Shown one piece after another: positions 63,401 through 64,000 of a DNA stretch of 64,000 bases (positions are counted from its first letter, which is position 1; every line of letters begins with the position of its first letter). Where the stretch lies: the NCBI GenBank assembly GCA_036172245.1, contig JAYWIR010000023.1:1054001-1118000 (forward strand). The letters are read 5' to 3'. The position numbers and the translations under genes were made by a program. Source of the DNA: Raillietiella orientalis. Lineage: Eukaryota. Under the pieces are notes generated by a model. That model was given only the letters and a program-made list of their open reading frames with translations. It had not been told where the DNA came from and searched no databases.

Positions 63401-64000
63401 AGCCCAGTCCTCCCTAAAGGAGGAGAAAGCGGTCTCTCCGCCGACTGCGAAGGGCAGCCAAAAAAAAAAAAAGGTGGTACTTGCTCTTTGCGGTAGCAGC
63501 TACGTTCTCTTTTCTTGTTTCTCGTGCTTTGGGGTTCTGGAAAATCTCCCTCCCTCCCCTCCCCGCCTTCATTTTCCCGAGCGACCTGTTTCGCAACGCT
63601 TCGGCGGCTCTTGTGGCGCGCTTTCGCGACAACGGCGGGGGATCCCCGAGGCAGTTTTTCTGGAAGGGGCGTGCTGGAGGGCCTGACTTGGAAAAGCAGG
63701 CTCCTCCCCCCCTCCGTTGCAGGCGTGACGTCAGCGCCCCACTCCGGATCCGCTACCAACGAGTTGCGCGCTCTCTCCGCCCAGCGCCCGCACGCACCGT
63801 GGACTCTGCTTCGTCTTCTCCCGCATCGCTCGCTCCAGCTGAACGCCCGCCGGAAGGGGAACGTAGGGGGTCCTCCTCCTCCTCGGGACGAGACAGAACA
63901 TGCTAATCCGAATGAAAGAGGTGAGAGGGTCCTCGAGTCGGTGTTTCGCGGACGGCGCGGTAGCGATCGCATGCCCCATCGCTCTTTGACGAGGAAGAAC

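Noticed and set aside
1..64000. Prokaryotic systems (operons, CRISPR arrays, prophage)
   Set aside because: Spliced genes, snRNA and LINEs show eukaryotic DNA. No regularly spaced repeats. The only bacterial-like sequence is the 0.55-kb island.

Overview
Invertebrate (probably nematode-like) nuclear DNA in two very different halves. Bases 1 to ~21,200 are AT-rich and genic. They hold two intact, divergently oriented spliced genes: tyrosylprotein sulfotransferase (TPST, minus strand) and CD2BP2/U5-52K (GYF domain, plus strand). From ~21,200 to the end the DNA is GC-rich and holds no recognisable host gene. Its many long ORFs are artefacts: it is a nest of heavily decayed retrotransposons (RLE-type Utopia/NeSL-like and R4-like, two Tx1/L1-like, Penelope-like). 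Four things in it stand out. (1) A U2 snRNA gene is cut at the branch-point-recognition sequence and followed directly by a 5'-truncated RLE retroelement, the known Utopia-type target. (2) An apparently identical 1,074-bp inverted duplication of the U2 upstream region lies 27.5 kb away; its homology ends at U2 +3 and it too abuts an RLE element. (3) An AT-rich Wolbachia-like histidine-kinase (pleC-like) fragment is inserted in a Tx1-like element. (4) There are cox1 NUMT fragment(s). All family assignments come from motif recognition by eye, not database searches, and TE boundaries are approximate.
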